DNA of 63,832 nt, the filler included, from Octopus bimaculoides (Eukaryota): the NCBI RefSeq assembly GCF_001194135.2. It is 6 parts of 6 records of this genome, joined end to end, with 100 filler letters (N's around TTAATTAATTAA, not from the genome) between each part and the next. Parts side by side here need not be neighbours in the genome. Positions count along the whole stretch, not along the records: positions 22,619 to 40,803 come from NC_068985.1; 5 more parts are not named here. One strand, 5' to 3'. The position numbers and the translations under genes were made by a program. This document shows positions 23,444 through 36,200 of this stretch, piece after piece. Below the pieces are notes generated by a model. That model did no database searches. It was not told where the DNA came from and was given only the letters and a program-made list of their open reading frames with translations. Every line of letters begins with the position of its first letter. Position 1 is the first letter of the stretch.

Positions 23444-24584
23444 TGTTTCTCTCTTTCCCTCGTTGTCATCTCACAATCTTGAGCTAACTTCTCAAATTTT
23501 TAGAGCAAGGTAAACAACTCCACAACTCTGGATACAGAGTTACTGTTCCTGCACTTTTCTTAACGGCAGCAATAATTTCGTAATGTTTCGGGACGGTCAT
23601 TTTTTTCTTGCCAAATAAACACACGCACTATATATTCTCTGTTCACTTATTTATTAATGTTCTTATTTTATGTCCATTGTCTGGAGATCTTTCGTCATAC
23701 ATTCTGTGATCACTTCAGCGACTCTGCATCCTACGTGTTCCCCCATGTAAGAACAATAATAAGGTCTCTTCTGTTTGGCTGCACCTGTGGAAAATTTTAA
23801 GGTTTAGTGAAAATGATCAAAATTTGGTGTATTGATGTAATTTTACACGCTGAATCTTAGGGGTTAATTCTCTTTTTCAAGAAAATATTTTAAAAAGTGC
23901 TACAGAAGATTAAAGTTTGATAATTTTTTCACAGTTAGAAAACAGGAGTTGGAAGCTGTCATCTTGTGCGTGACAGCACGGGTTGTCAGCTGTAAGCAGA
24001 TGAAATATTGAGGGAATTCTACTTTACGGACGCCAAATAAACCCTCATAACGTTTTTAGTTTTTGGAATTTTCAGAAAAGTTTTGCGAATTTGTATTCTA
24101 CACACGGGAATTCACATGATCATGCTAAAAAAAAAAGAAAGGAAATGGTGCGTGATTTAAAGCTTATTTAGCTATTATTTTTAGCACATCTCATGAACAC
24201 CTCATGAGTTTTAAGCATTTAATAAGCGAAAATGAGCACGTGGGTAAGCAGGTGGGTAATAGCTTGGCTTATTACTATGGAAACAAGCACCCATATGTAT
24301 GTAGCTTTCGAATGGCTAAAATTACCCCAAATTTGCAAACTTTAAAAGCTATTAACTCTTTATTTATTTATATATGGCAAAAATGAATTTCCTGTCAATG
24401 ATTACCATACAAAACTACACCAATACATCGAATATGAAATCAATTGAAACAAAATTAAAGAAATTGAAAAGTGGCCGCCAAACAGAAACGATTCCAATAA
24501 TAAATAAGTGAAGAACGAATGTATAGCAAGTGTGTGTATTTGGCAAGAAAAAAAATGATCATCTCGAAATATAACAATATCTGT

Positions 24585-24998
24585 TTCTTATTCTTTATTG
24601 CCCACAAGGAGCTAAACATAGAGGGGACAAACAAGGACAAAGGAATTCAGTCGATTACATCGACTCCAGTGTGTCATTGGTACTTAATTTATCGACCCCA
24701 AAAGGATGAAAGGCAAAGTCGACCTCGGCGGGATTTGAACTCAGAACGCAGTGGCAGACGAAATACCTATTTCGTTACTGCCCACAAGGGGCTACACACA
24801 GAGGGGACAAACAAGGACAGACTAACGGATTAAGTCGATTATATCGACCCCAGTGCGTAACTGGTACTTATTTAATCGACCCCGAAAGGATGAAAGGCAA
24901 AGTCGACCTCGGCGGAATTTGAACTCAGAACGTAGCGACAGACGAAATACCGCTAAGCATTTTGCCCGGCGTGCTAACGATTCTACCAGCTCGCCGCC
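24585..24998 (-). mobile_element. Tandem dimer of family B SINE
   Basis: Two consecutive TGCCCACAAGG...AAAGTCGACCTCGGCG...GACGAAATACC units (24585-24772 and 24775-24998). Confidence 0.85.
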
Positions 24999-26027
24999 AA
25001 TATCTGTTGCAGCACATGATTTTACATCAAAAATCTTGTAAAAGAAATTCGTAAACGTAACAAAAATTTTTCATTATATCAAAATATCTTTTTCTTTCCC
25101 CCAAAAAGCTATGCATACAGGATTTCTACAATAGCCATATTTTTGCAGTGTTCAACTGTGATCCATGGCATAATCACCTACAAAGTGTAGGACATCGCCG
25201 TTTCACGAAATACACGGTCATGACCGTCGATTCTTAGTACGACCGTCATTTAACTATATTAAACATCTTCATTGTTTTTTTACAGTCGACTGTTCTTTGT
25301 TCTGACTAAGAATGTCATCTGATCGCTCGTATTAAATATTATTGCACACAATCATATTTCATTCAACGCTACTTTGTGTGACTCTAGTTATTTAATTCCT
25401 GCTTGACCAAGCTTTTCGCACATCAGTATATCTACTATTTAATGTTCTAATAAGTAAGAACTAGCGTTCGTATAGAACCGTGAAAGAGGAATTCAGTATC
25501 CGTAGTTAATGATGCGCAATACTGCATAAATGCATGCGTTCTGCAATTCAATGATGTCATTGGTAGCCCCATTGTGCTTTCATACATTTTGTCTGTGGTG
25601 AATATTATCTCCTGAGACTATTTCCATAGCGAAAGGTCTTCTCAAGTCCAAGTGTGCACGAATGTGTTAAGTATGGTTGCACTCGATTGTGTGTGTATGT
25701 GCGCATGCGTGTGTGTATGCTAGCACAAAGGGATTGCTTACGTGTGTATGCAATCTTATCCAAATATTATTGCCCACGTAGGAAGCAGCAATTTGAGCAA
25801 TATATGCTAAAAAGTTTCCCAAAAAACATATCAACACTAGCTGAAGAGTCAGGAGCATTCTTCTCCCAGGAAAGCAACATATCTCTGAAGAAAATATTAT
25901 TCGTGTGCAGAGGGAATGTGTTACGTTTGTTGGATGTTACTGTATGTCAGAAGAACCGTGTTTTTGTTGATAGCAATGCATGAAAAAAAGATTAGATAAG
26001 CATATTGAAATGCATACACACACACAA

Positions 26028-26068
<41 letters not shown>

Positions 26069-26182
26069 CACATTGTTGTGTCGACGCCCCCAGACAATGA
26101 AGTGGGCTAGCCCAATACGTAGATATAGAGGGAGACACCTAGACGTCAGAGTAGTTGAATAGAGGTCATCCGAACGTGCGAT

Positions 26183-26235
<53 letters not shown>

Positions 26236-26823
26236 TCTACATACAGCAGTTGAAATCCTATCTACAGGTTACAGGTTTTGACATTAGTTTATCACCTGTT
26301 ACATGAGAGATTCTCTCCTGAAGGTCAGTAATAATACAAGACTATGCCCTCAATTTCTTCAGATTACAGTGATGAAACCTTTGAACAAATCTACCACTAA
26401 GTATATTTAATCTGAAACGAGAAAGCAAGTAACAATATTATCAGGTTTCGGGCGATACTGGAGAAACTTCCTAGCAAAACTTCAATGCCCACAAAACGCT
26501 GGTGATTTTTTGCCAATTACAAAATATTTCTGTTAGAAAATCATTTTCTTAATATCTAAATCGTAGCCTTGAATTTTCATTATGCTTTGAACAGGGAAAA
26601 GAATTTGCGCAATAGAAATCTTAGTCATAAAGAATGCAACCAGAAGCAGGGGACGAAATTGATTGAAAATGACGCTTCTGGTAGGAAAAACTAAAATTCT
26701 TTAGAGTAATAGAAGCTAGAGTGGTTCCGTTCGTTAACTGTGCTGAAACATTAAAGTCAAGATTATGGCAATACAAATGAGTTTACTAGAGGTCTCTGGT
26801 GTACTTGAAAATTTGGTTTACGA

Positions 26824-26973
26824 CAGTATCATAGCTAGAAGTCGAATGAGTGGGAGGGGGCACCTGCCCCGGGCGTCGCTTTTATGAGGTTGGTACTTTT
26901 GGGTCTACTGTATAAGCCTGTAAAGGCTTGTGGAGGCCCGAGGTGGGTGGCACACACTCTAGCAACTCCACTG
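26824..26973. mobile_element. Small MITE with 16-bp degenerate TIRs
   Basis: CAGTATCATAGCTAGA vs TCTAGCAACTCCACTG (reverse complement CAGTGGAGTTGCTAGA), with a GC-rich interior. Confidence 0.5.
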
Positions 26974-27089
26974 ATGAACGGTTTGTTTAGGCAACCGATT
27001 GACAAGAACCATTTGGATTTATCAGTTTGGGTTGAGAAATATTTAACATCGTTAGTACTTACCATTGAGCATGCCGGAAAAGGCTCAAT

Positions 27090-27452
27090 GTTGTTGGCAC
27101 TCCGTCGAGGGTTCCAGTTGATCCGATCAACGGAACAGCCTGCTCGTGAAATTAACGTGCAAGTGGCTGAGCACTCCACAGACACGTGTACCCTTAATGT
27201 AGTTCTCGGGGATATTCAGCGTGACACAGTGTGACCCTTTGAATTACAGGCACAATAGAAACAGGAAGAAAGAGTGAGAGAAAGTTGTGGTGAAAGAGTA
27301 CAGCAGGGTTCGCCACCATCCCCTGCCAGAGCCACGTGGAGCTTTAGGTGTTTTCGCTCAATAAACACTCACAACGCCCGGTCTGGGAATCGAAACCGCG
27401 ATACTATGACCGCAAGTCCGCTGCCCTAACCACTGGGCCATTGCGCCTCCAC
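27090..27452 (-). mobile_element. Family E tRNA-derived SINE, full length with 11-bp TSD
   Basis: Head GGAGGCGCAATGGCCCAGTGGTTAGG...GGTTTCGATTCC and an (AAC)-type tail. TSD AAAGGCTCAAT at 27079-27089 and 27453-27463. Confidence 0.9.
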
Positions 27453-27589
27453 AAAGGCTCAATAATAGATTTCTATTAAACACAGCAATACGTTTTCATG
27501 GGGATACTTAACATACAACAGCAGGATAATAAGACGATGTTCCCATGCATGTGACAGAAATTGTCAAATATATGTTTCATTTTTTTTCA

Positions 27590-27890
27590 AGACAGTAAGA
27601 CGGAATTTGTAAGGTGTTGCAATCAAGAAAAACTGAGAATTGTACGAAGTATTCTAGATTATGTATCGTGTGTACCGCTAAGCTTCTTGTCAAGTCTCCT
27701 GTTCGATATCCATACTGAAGAGCCATAGTGAAGTACTGATTCATCGATTGCTTTAAAGAACCCCCCACTTCAGTCTGTCTAGGATATTCCATGCTTTTGA
27801 AATCCCTATCTGGGCATCTTTTTCTGTTAAAGCAATGTCCTTTCCTACATAGACGAAGTCATCAACTATCTACAGATTAGCACCATTCAG
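27590..27890 (-). mobile_element. Degenerate RTE-like LINE RT fragment
   Basis: IVDDFVYVGKDIALTEKDAQIGISKAWNILDRL / FFKAIDESVLHYGSSVW...LDKKLSG...RILRTIL, with a frameshift and stops. Confidence 0.75.
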
Positions 27891-27986
27891 AACATAGCCA
27901 TCACATCGTTACGTTACAATCCCTATATTCAGTTTTACCAGCATTGACATACAGACCTATTTGTGCAACTGCATTCTCGGATGAAG

Positions 27987-28310
27987 AAATATTTGGTGCA
28001 ACAGAGGGTCTCTTCAGAACTAGATTCAAGAACCACAAGTCCTCCTTTAAATACAAGGGACGCTAAATGTCTCATCAATAGTGAGGCATATATGGACATT
28101 GAAGGAAAGCGCTAGGCATTACAACATCAAGTGGAGGCTACTTAAAAAGCAGTAGGAGTTGCAGGCTCTGCCTGGCTGAGAAAAAGAGCATACTAAAGAG
28201 CTTTCTTCACTTATGTACCTACATATGTTATAAAAGGGAGGTTTCCTCCTCCTTCCTCCATAAGTGTAAATTTGTGCATGTTCATGATGTGGTCGAACAC
28301 ACCATGAATA
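27987..28310 (+). mobile_element. Penelope-like element GIY-YIG endonuclease relic
   Basis: IFGATEGLFRTRFKNHKSSF / IWTLKE...YNIKWRLLK / SCRLCLAEKKSIL across frameshifts, the pattern typical of PLE endonuclease C-termini. Confidence 0.75.
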
Positions 28311-29567
28311 TAAGCATTAGAGCAAGCCTATGGGTTTTCTCGCAACCGAAATCTCAGGATTAATTTAAGTTGGGTATGACATTAATTTGATTTCATACTC
28401 AACTGTGACATAAGCATACATACACACATATACATGGATTTTGGTCCGGCCGATTTTATTCAGGTTGCTTTTACAAGTGTCTTAAGTTTCGTGAACCGAA
28501 CGAAATACCTTCAGCCCTCCACGTGCATAGAGCCTACGCATACCATTACCTTCGAGCTTTTCTGATGATTCCCGAGATTTTCCTCTGGTTAGTAAATGGC
28601 CGTTATGAGAACTTACTGTTGTTGTTGTTTTACTTCTCAGAACGTTCTGCTTGTTTTGGTAGATTCTGTGCAAGCGGACGGCAGCTTGCTATCAGAGGTC
28701 TTACAGGGTTTCTTTCCGAACATCATAAGCTTTGATACTTGGTTAGGAGACATTCAACATCCAAGTACCAATCTCAAAATCCTAACTGAGTACGTGCACA
28801 TGGAGATGTGCGAATATCTCCTTGCTTTGTTATTACGTGATGGTTGTAAACGAGTGTCACCGTCATAGTCACGTTGACCTTCTTTTCCAATCTTCCGCGG
28901 AAACATATACTCATCCACGTGTAAATTATTACGTTGCTGGGAAGCAGATGAGTGTTGGGGAAAAGAAAGGCATCAATTTGTAGAAAACCTGTCTAAATGA
29001 ATTCCTCCTGAACTACGCAAACATGTAAAGATAGATGTTAAAGTAATAAAGATGAGGATAACAAGGATGATGATGACGATGGTGACGGCGACGATGATGA
29101 TGATGACGATGACGATGATGACGATGATGATGAAGACGATGATGATGATGAGTTAGAAATATGCTATAAATTTATGCTAATTCCTTTTAGTGTATGAGAA
29201 ATATGACAAATGGAGATTTTAAATAGTTTTTCATTGACTTTAGTTTTATTATGTACGAAAGAACAATTGCACAAATTTATTAGGTAAATGACATGAGATT
29301 GTGTGACACCGGTAACATTCAGAAAATAATTGAGAAAAGTAATGAAAATTTGGAAAAGAACGCAACTCAAGTTATTATTGTGAGTAGTAAACTCCAGAAT
29401 AACAGTAAATTTGCTGTCATCAGTATCATAAATAATTAAGACGTTTAAACGTTCATAGAAAAGTTTAGTGATTTGGTTGAGCGATAAATGAATCCGCATT
29501 AGGTCTGCAGGCGTCCTTCCAAGGGAAAGTAAATACATATATGNNNNNNNNNNNNNNNNNNNNNNNN

Positions 29568-29648
<81 letters not shown>

Positions 29649-30082
29649 GGAGATATAAATGTATAGTGTATGTATATATGGTATTAAATACCTTACTGGA
29701 TATCTTATTGAATACTGGAAGTTACAGATCACACATAAATGTCACGCTAATGGGCATGATAACCTTCTAAATTTTGGTTATTCATTTTTGAATAGTTTAT
29801 AAATAATATTGCCATAAATTTTGAAGGGAAGTGCATAATTTATATATTATTGATTTCAGTAATTGACTGGCAGTTTATTTTATCGCCATACGTATGATGA
29901 AAAGTAACGTCGATCTCCACGGGATTTGAGCTCAGAATGTAAAGATCTGGAACAAATAATAGAAAACATTTTCCGACGGATTAACGATTCTAAATCATAT
30001 TAGATTGGAGAAAATATTTCTTGATGAAAATAACACCTGAAGACGTTTTAGTATTACATCTGGATTGCTATGATTACAGCAG

Positions 30083-30240
30083 TTATCGATGGCTAAGTTT
30101 GATACGAATGCCATTGGAAGGTTTGAGTACTAAGTCCAAAGTTGGCTCCAGCTCTCCTATTGTCTGTGTCGTTTCAAGATTAAATCTTTGGATGATTCGT
30201 GATATTGCGACTTTCTCCTCTAAGATGGCGAATCTCTGAC
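30083..30240 (-). CDS. CYP4V-like terminal coding exon
   Basis: atttcAG|GT CAG AGA TTC... encodes (G)QRFAILEEKVAISRIIQRFNLETTQTIGELEPTLDLVLKPSNGIRIKLSHR*. 158 bp, phase 1. Confidence 0.95.
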
Positions 30241-33200
30241 CTGAAATCACAGGGAATAAATATTTTGAAAGTACTTTTGAATTCATTGGGTCATAGAAAA
30301 TTTTAAAAAAATTAAAGTAGCTTGTTAGATCAATCAAATTTTTTTAATGCAAAATATCGTAAATGCATTAATAAATGACATTTACATTACTGAAGCAGAA
30401 TAAAAGAGAAAAATATTTGCATATATTCTTATAATATTTACACAATAAATGGAATAAAATTTATTATGACCATAAAGGAGCTACGCATCCTGTTGAGTAT
30501 CCTACAAAGGAACCCCATTTTTGTTGCTTATATTTACGACCGTACTCTTTCAATCACTACCTAACATTCGTGACCAAAGGTGAGAATAGGCAAGGAAACC
30601 GATTTGAAGATAGCAAGTTGCTGTCCCCAAGCCTTTCTGAAAATCGACTCACTAAAAGAGAAATATTTTTTTAAAAAATGGATTTTTTAAAACACTTCCA
30701 CCAAATCCCTGTCAAACAACAATAGCAACAATAACAACAACAAAACTTACCTATGCAGTTACGAGGCCCTGCTGAGAATGGTATAAAGGCATGCGATGAC
30801 ATGTCGGGATCTTCTAGAAGAAATCTATCAGGATCGAATATGTCTGGGTCTGGAAAGTTTTGCGGATCTCTATGTAGAGAAGAAATCATTATGGAGACAG
30901 GAGTACCCTTCTTTACTTCATGATGACCTGTAAATATAATTTCAGCATTTTGAATCTTAATCACTTAAATGTAAGATTGGTTTCAGATTTTGGCACAATG
31001 CCAGCAATTTCGGTGGAGGGATTAAGTGGATTAAATCGACCCCAGTGCTCAACTGGTACTTATTTTATGGACCCTGAGAGGATGAAAGGCAAAGTCGATC
31101 TCGGTAGAATCTGAACTCTGTCTGCCTTTCTCTCTGACTACATACATACATACATACATATACACACACACACACATACATACATACATACATACATACA
31201 TACATGCATACATACATATATACATAGATACCGCGATGCGTTATCACGGGGGTGTGAGCTCGAGTCTCATAGCTGGCCGCCAACACTTTTTTTCTGCAAA
31301 ATAGGGGTAGTTTATCCTGTTCAGGCTATATTATTAGCACTATCCTGCGTTTAAGAATCACTTCTTTAACTTTCTAACACATCTCAATGCTTCTAAAGCA
31401 AACTTCGCTTGTTTGTTTACTTTCATCGTAATTTGAATTTATGAGAGGAAGAAAGCGAGAAAAAAGATAACAAGAAAAGGGAGAGAGACAAAAACAGTGA
31501 GTGAAAACAAAAGTGAAAAAAGGGTGAAGGAAGTGAGAAAGACAAAGTGTTAGTTAGTGGTGAAGATAATGTGATGGGTGGATGTTACTAACTTATCAAA
31601 CTACTATCGAGAAGCCACCTCACTGGGTTGCCATTCGTGGTTATCCATCATCATAAGAAATAAACTTACCAATTTTGAAATCCTCAGCAGCCAGACGTCC
31701 AATTGATGGTACAGATGGATAAAGACGTTGGACCTCCTTAAACAAAAAACACAGTAAATATTATTTTCAATTTATTATTAAATAACAAAGTATTTCATTT
31801 CTTAACTTCACTTTTGTAGATTTATGTAAAAAGTCCTTAACAACATTTATTGAATAAGATGAAATAAAACTCATTCAAAAGTTACTACTATTCAATGTAA
31901 ACTTAGCCTCTTATCCCTCGGAATTGAAAATATAATGTACCAGTTAAATATTGTGGGCGATGTAATCGACTAACACCGACCCGTAACTTTCCGGCCTTGT
32001 AATTCTGTGAGAAATTATTGTTGTGTGCAGGGTGGATCCGACTAACGCTTGAGTCCATCGTGAAAATAGTCACGTTGCTTTGTTTTGGACAGAAAGTATA
32101 AGATGTCGTCCTTTGTTTGATGGCTATTGTGAAAGAGATCTGAAAGGGCTGGAGTCTGGTTCAGACAAGATGGTTAGAAACGGACCAAGAAGAAGTTGTT
32201 CTTGAAAGGTCAGGAGGAAGAGGATAATGCACGCAGTGATGATCTCGTTATACTCTCTCTAATAATGATCGCAGGAACGCAATGAGAGTGATGTAGCTCC
32301 AGAAATATGTACTGACGAAACTTAAGGGGGCGAGCTGGCAGAAACGTTAGCACGCCGGGGCGAATTGTTTAGTGGTATTTCGTCTGTCTTTACGTTCTGA
32401 GTTCAAATTCCGCCGAGGTCGACTTTACCTTTCATCCTTTCGGGCTCGATAAATTAATTACCAGTTGTGTAGTGGGGTCGATCTAATCGACTGACCCTCT
32501 CACACCAAAATTTCGGGTCTTGTGCTTAGAGTATTAAAAAAATATGTTTAACTTCTATTTTGTTATATTTACGAATGGAATTTCTGTTTACCTTGATAAC
32601 GCATTCCAAATAGACCAGTTTCTTAAGATTTTGCAGTGTGAGTTCATCATTTTCCTCTTGAATAAAAAGAAAACAGAAAAATATTTTATAAACATAGAAC
32701 GATTTTACAACAACAATAATAAAAATAATAGCTCATCTAATACTTAGAGATACTTTCTAAAAGCCTTTCACGCATGTTTTACTTGTTTCCGGCATTTGAA
32801 CTCCTGTTAGAGTTCGCCCTTCAAGAATTTCAGTCAATTATATCGACCATAGAAATTAGCGTTATATTTACTGTGTTATTCAGACACATGAGTTTTGTAT
32901 ACATTGAATCAGGCATGTATAGGAAATACAGCCAATGTGAGAGTATCATACGAAACACAACCGCTTGGAATTAGGGTTAAACGTTAATTCAATCCTCTAA
33001 ATATATCCACTGTCTATCTTGACATGTTAACTTGTTTGTAATTCTAATAACTGGACAGAAATATTTAGAATCGTTATCATTATATATGAATAAAAGAGTA
33101 ATTTTTGAATATTTCATTTCTGGAGGCCAAACACTTTACTTCAAAAAGCTTTAAAACAAAACTGCAGTCCTAGTTCCAGTGAAGACCATGTTTGGGAGTG

Positions 33201-36200
33201 TGGCAGCTGAAAGTCGATCAGCTACTCACAGTTCTTTGCCAAGAAAGGAAACCAGGAATCGGCACTTCAACCCTTGCATTGTATAGAGTATGAAAGTTGG
33301 GTAAAAGTTAGAAAGTTTATATTCACGAGGACATTCTTGGAGTTAATGTGGATCAACTAAACAGCAATTCTGGAGGACTTTCAGACAAGAGACTACGAGC
33401 AACCTCAGTAAATTCCAATCCTAGAAGTGGTAACGGAGTGGAAGGGGAGTGCTAATTCCAAATAAATACGGCAGGTAGCCAGGCACCGTCAACCGAGGCC
33501 TCTCCGACGCTTGTATAGATCGGTAAAACTATTTTAAACGTACTCGTTCATTTTCGAACCTTGCTGTCATATTGAGTTATGTGAAACAGGTCTGTCATCA
33601 TGTTCAGGACGTGTCCTGCTATCCCTTGTGTCTATTGTAAGATCTTCCTGCTGTCTTCCTTTGACTGGGAATCGCAAATCTTGTTCCTTTTCCAGATAGT
33701 CATGGTGAAAGGGATTGTATGGTGGACAAATTGAAATGATTGAATGCAGACACTTCAGCCCCAATGAAGAACATCATTTTTTCCAAGTTCCTCTTGAAAT
33801 GGCCTGTACGAATTGACATAATCTGAACATGCACCTGAGGGCCGGAAAACACATCTGGTAAAGATAATCTTGGATTTGCTAGTTCCCTGTTTGGCTCCTG
33901 GTATCTGGCCCTTTCATTTTGTTCTCCATACATATTTTTTTATTTTCGTAATAATTCAGTATAAAGCCCCAACATTTTAAAAATAATTTGACCTTGTAAC
34001 GACCTGATCATCCGTCACCACTGTGGCAAATACAGGAATTAATTATTTTCAAATGCTGATAAGCATTTTGTCCGGTGCAGCAACGATTTGTCCTGCACGC
34101 CGCTTCAACATTTGCAAAATATTAATCACAACAATAAAACGAGAGTTTGTATGAAGTTCATAACTCACCATAAAAATCATCGACTTCTTTTTGCAACTTC
34201 TTTTGTACATCTGGATAAGCGGCTATGAAATATAAAGTCCATGTAATTCCTGCTGCCGTTGTATCATGCCCCTGGAGGAACAGCGTAAATATTTCATTTT
34301 ATTGGATAGTGAACTGTTTCATTATAATTCGGAAAGTCAGAAATTTAGAAGTAGGGTTTGGGGTGGGAGCTTGTCGATTATATCAACCCTAGTACTTCAT
34401 TGGTACTTATTTCCTCGACCCGAAAAGATGAAAGGCAAGTTGACTTCGGCGGAATTTAAACTCTGAATGTAAAGACGGACGAAATACCGCCAAGCATCTT
34501 GTCCGGTGACACAACAATTCTTCCAGGTCACCGCCTTATGAAGGGAAATGTCTTGATTAAATATGTCAATTAAGATCTAAGACGCCAATTGCTTCTTTTC
34601 CATCCTGAAAGGCAACAGGGCTTGGTGTATATATATATATATNNNNNNNNNNNNNNNNNNNNNNNNNNNNNNNNNNNNNNNNNNNNNNNNNNNNNNNNNN
34701 NNNNNNNNNNNNNNNNNNNNNNNNNNNNNNNNNNNNNNNNNNNNNNNNNNNNNNNNNNNNNNNNNNNNNNNNNNNNNNNNNNNNNNNNNNNNNNNNNNNN
34801 NNNNNNNNNNNNNNNNNNNNNNNNNNNNNNNNNNNNNNNNNNNNNNNNNNNNNNNNNNNNNNNNNNNNNNNNNNNNNNNNNNNNNNNNNNNNNNNNNNNN
34901 NNNNNNNNNNNNNNNNNNNNNNNNNNNNNNNNNNNNNNNNNNNNNNNNNNNNNNNNNNNNNNNNNNNNNNNNNNNNNNNNNNNNNNNNNNNNNNNNNNNN
35001 NNNNNNNNNNNNNNNNNNNNNNNNNNNNNNNNNNNNNNNNNNNNNNNNNNNNNNNNNNNNNNNNNNNNNNNNNNNNNNNNNNNNNNNNNNNNNNNNNNNN
35101 NNNNNNNNNNNNNNNNNNNNNNNNNNNNNNNNNNNNNNNNNNNNNNNNNNNNNNNNNNNNNNNNNNNNNNNNNNNNNNNNNNNNNNNNNNNNNNNNNNNN
35201 NNNNNNNNNNNNNNNNNNNNNNNNNNNNNNNNNNNNNNNNNNNNNNNNNNNNNNNNNNNNNNNNNNNNNNNNNNNNNNNNNNNNNNNNNNNNNNNNNNNN
35301 NNNNNNNNNNNNNNNNNNNNNNNNNNNNNNNNNNNNNNNNNNNNNNNNNNNNNNNNNNNNNNNNNNNNNNNNNNNNNNNNNNNNNNNNNNNNNNNNNNNN
35401 NNNNNNNNNNNNNNNNNNNNNNNNNNNNNNNNNNNNNNNNNNNNNNNNNNNNNNNNNNNNNNNNNNNNNNNNNNNNNNNNNNNNNNNNNNNNNNNNNNNN
35501 NNNNNNNNNNNNNNNNNATCTGCTGTAATAACTCACACATGTATCACTCACATACACACTTTTCTTTGTATGACGGCCTGTCTTTGATTATGTTATTATA
35601 TGTCGCATTCACACTCTCACACAGACATACATCTTTAACGCTACAATAAATATCTCTGTTATTCATCTTATACGGTTGTGGTCTTTCATTACTGGTCATC
35701 TATGTTATCGTCACATAACATATCATGTATATCATCATTTGATATATATTTGTATGTTCGACCGTGTGACACGTTTAAATAAAAGGAGTCCTCTGTTTTT
35801 CCATTCGTCACCATTTCTCCTTTTATGAGTTCGCACGGTCGTCCCTTACATATATATATATATATATATATATGGCTGATGGTCAGAAACCTCGTACTAT
35901 AGCAATCGGACAATAACGAGAAGAGATAAGAGGTTTTTATGCTCCGCCGTATTTCTCACAAAATTATTCTCTGATATGTGAGTTCCTATCATTTTAGTGT
36001 GTTTCTCTTTGTATATGATGTGAGGATTTCTTTGTTCTTTAAAATATCACTAGAACGGAATGATTTTGTTATAAGTTTATCAGAACTATTGATAAACATA
36101 CTCCAATTAAATTGATAAAAGATTGTAACACAATAATAAATTCGACGTATGAATTATTACGGACATATTTCAAACTGTAGTGTGATAAACAAATGATTGT

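Noticed and set aside
34566-35587. Long ORFs in the supplied track (also 43635-44715, 51544-52562, 8211-8872)
   Set aside because: They are composed mostly of N and TA repeats.
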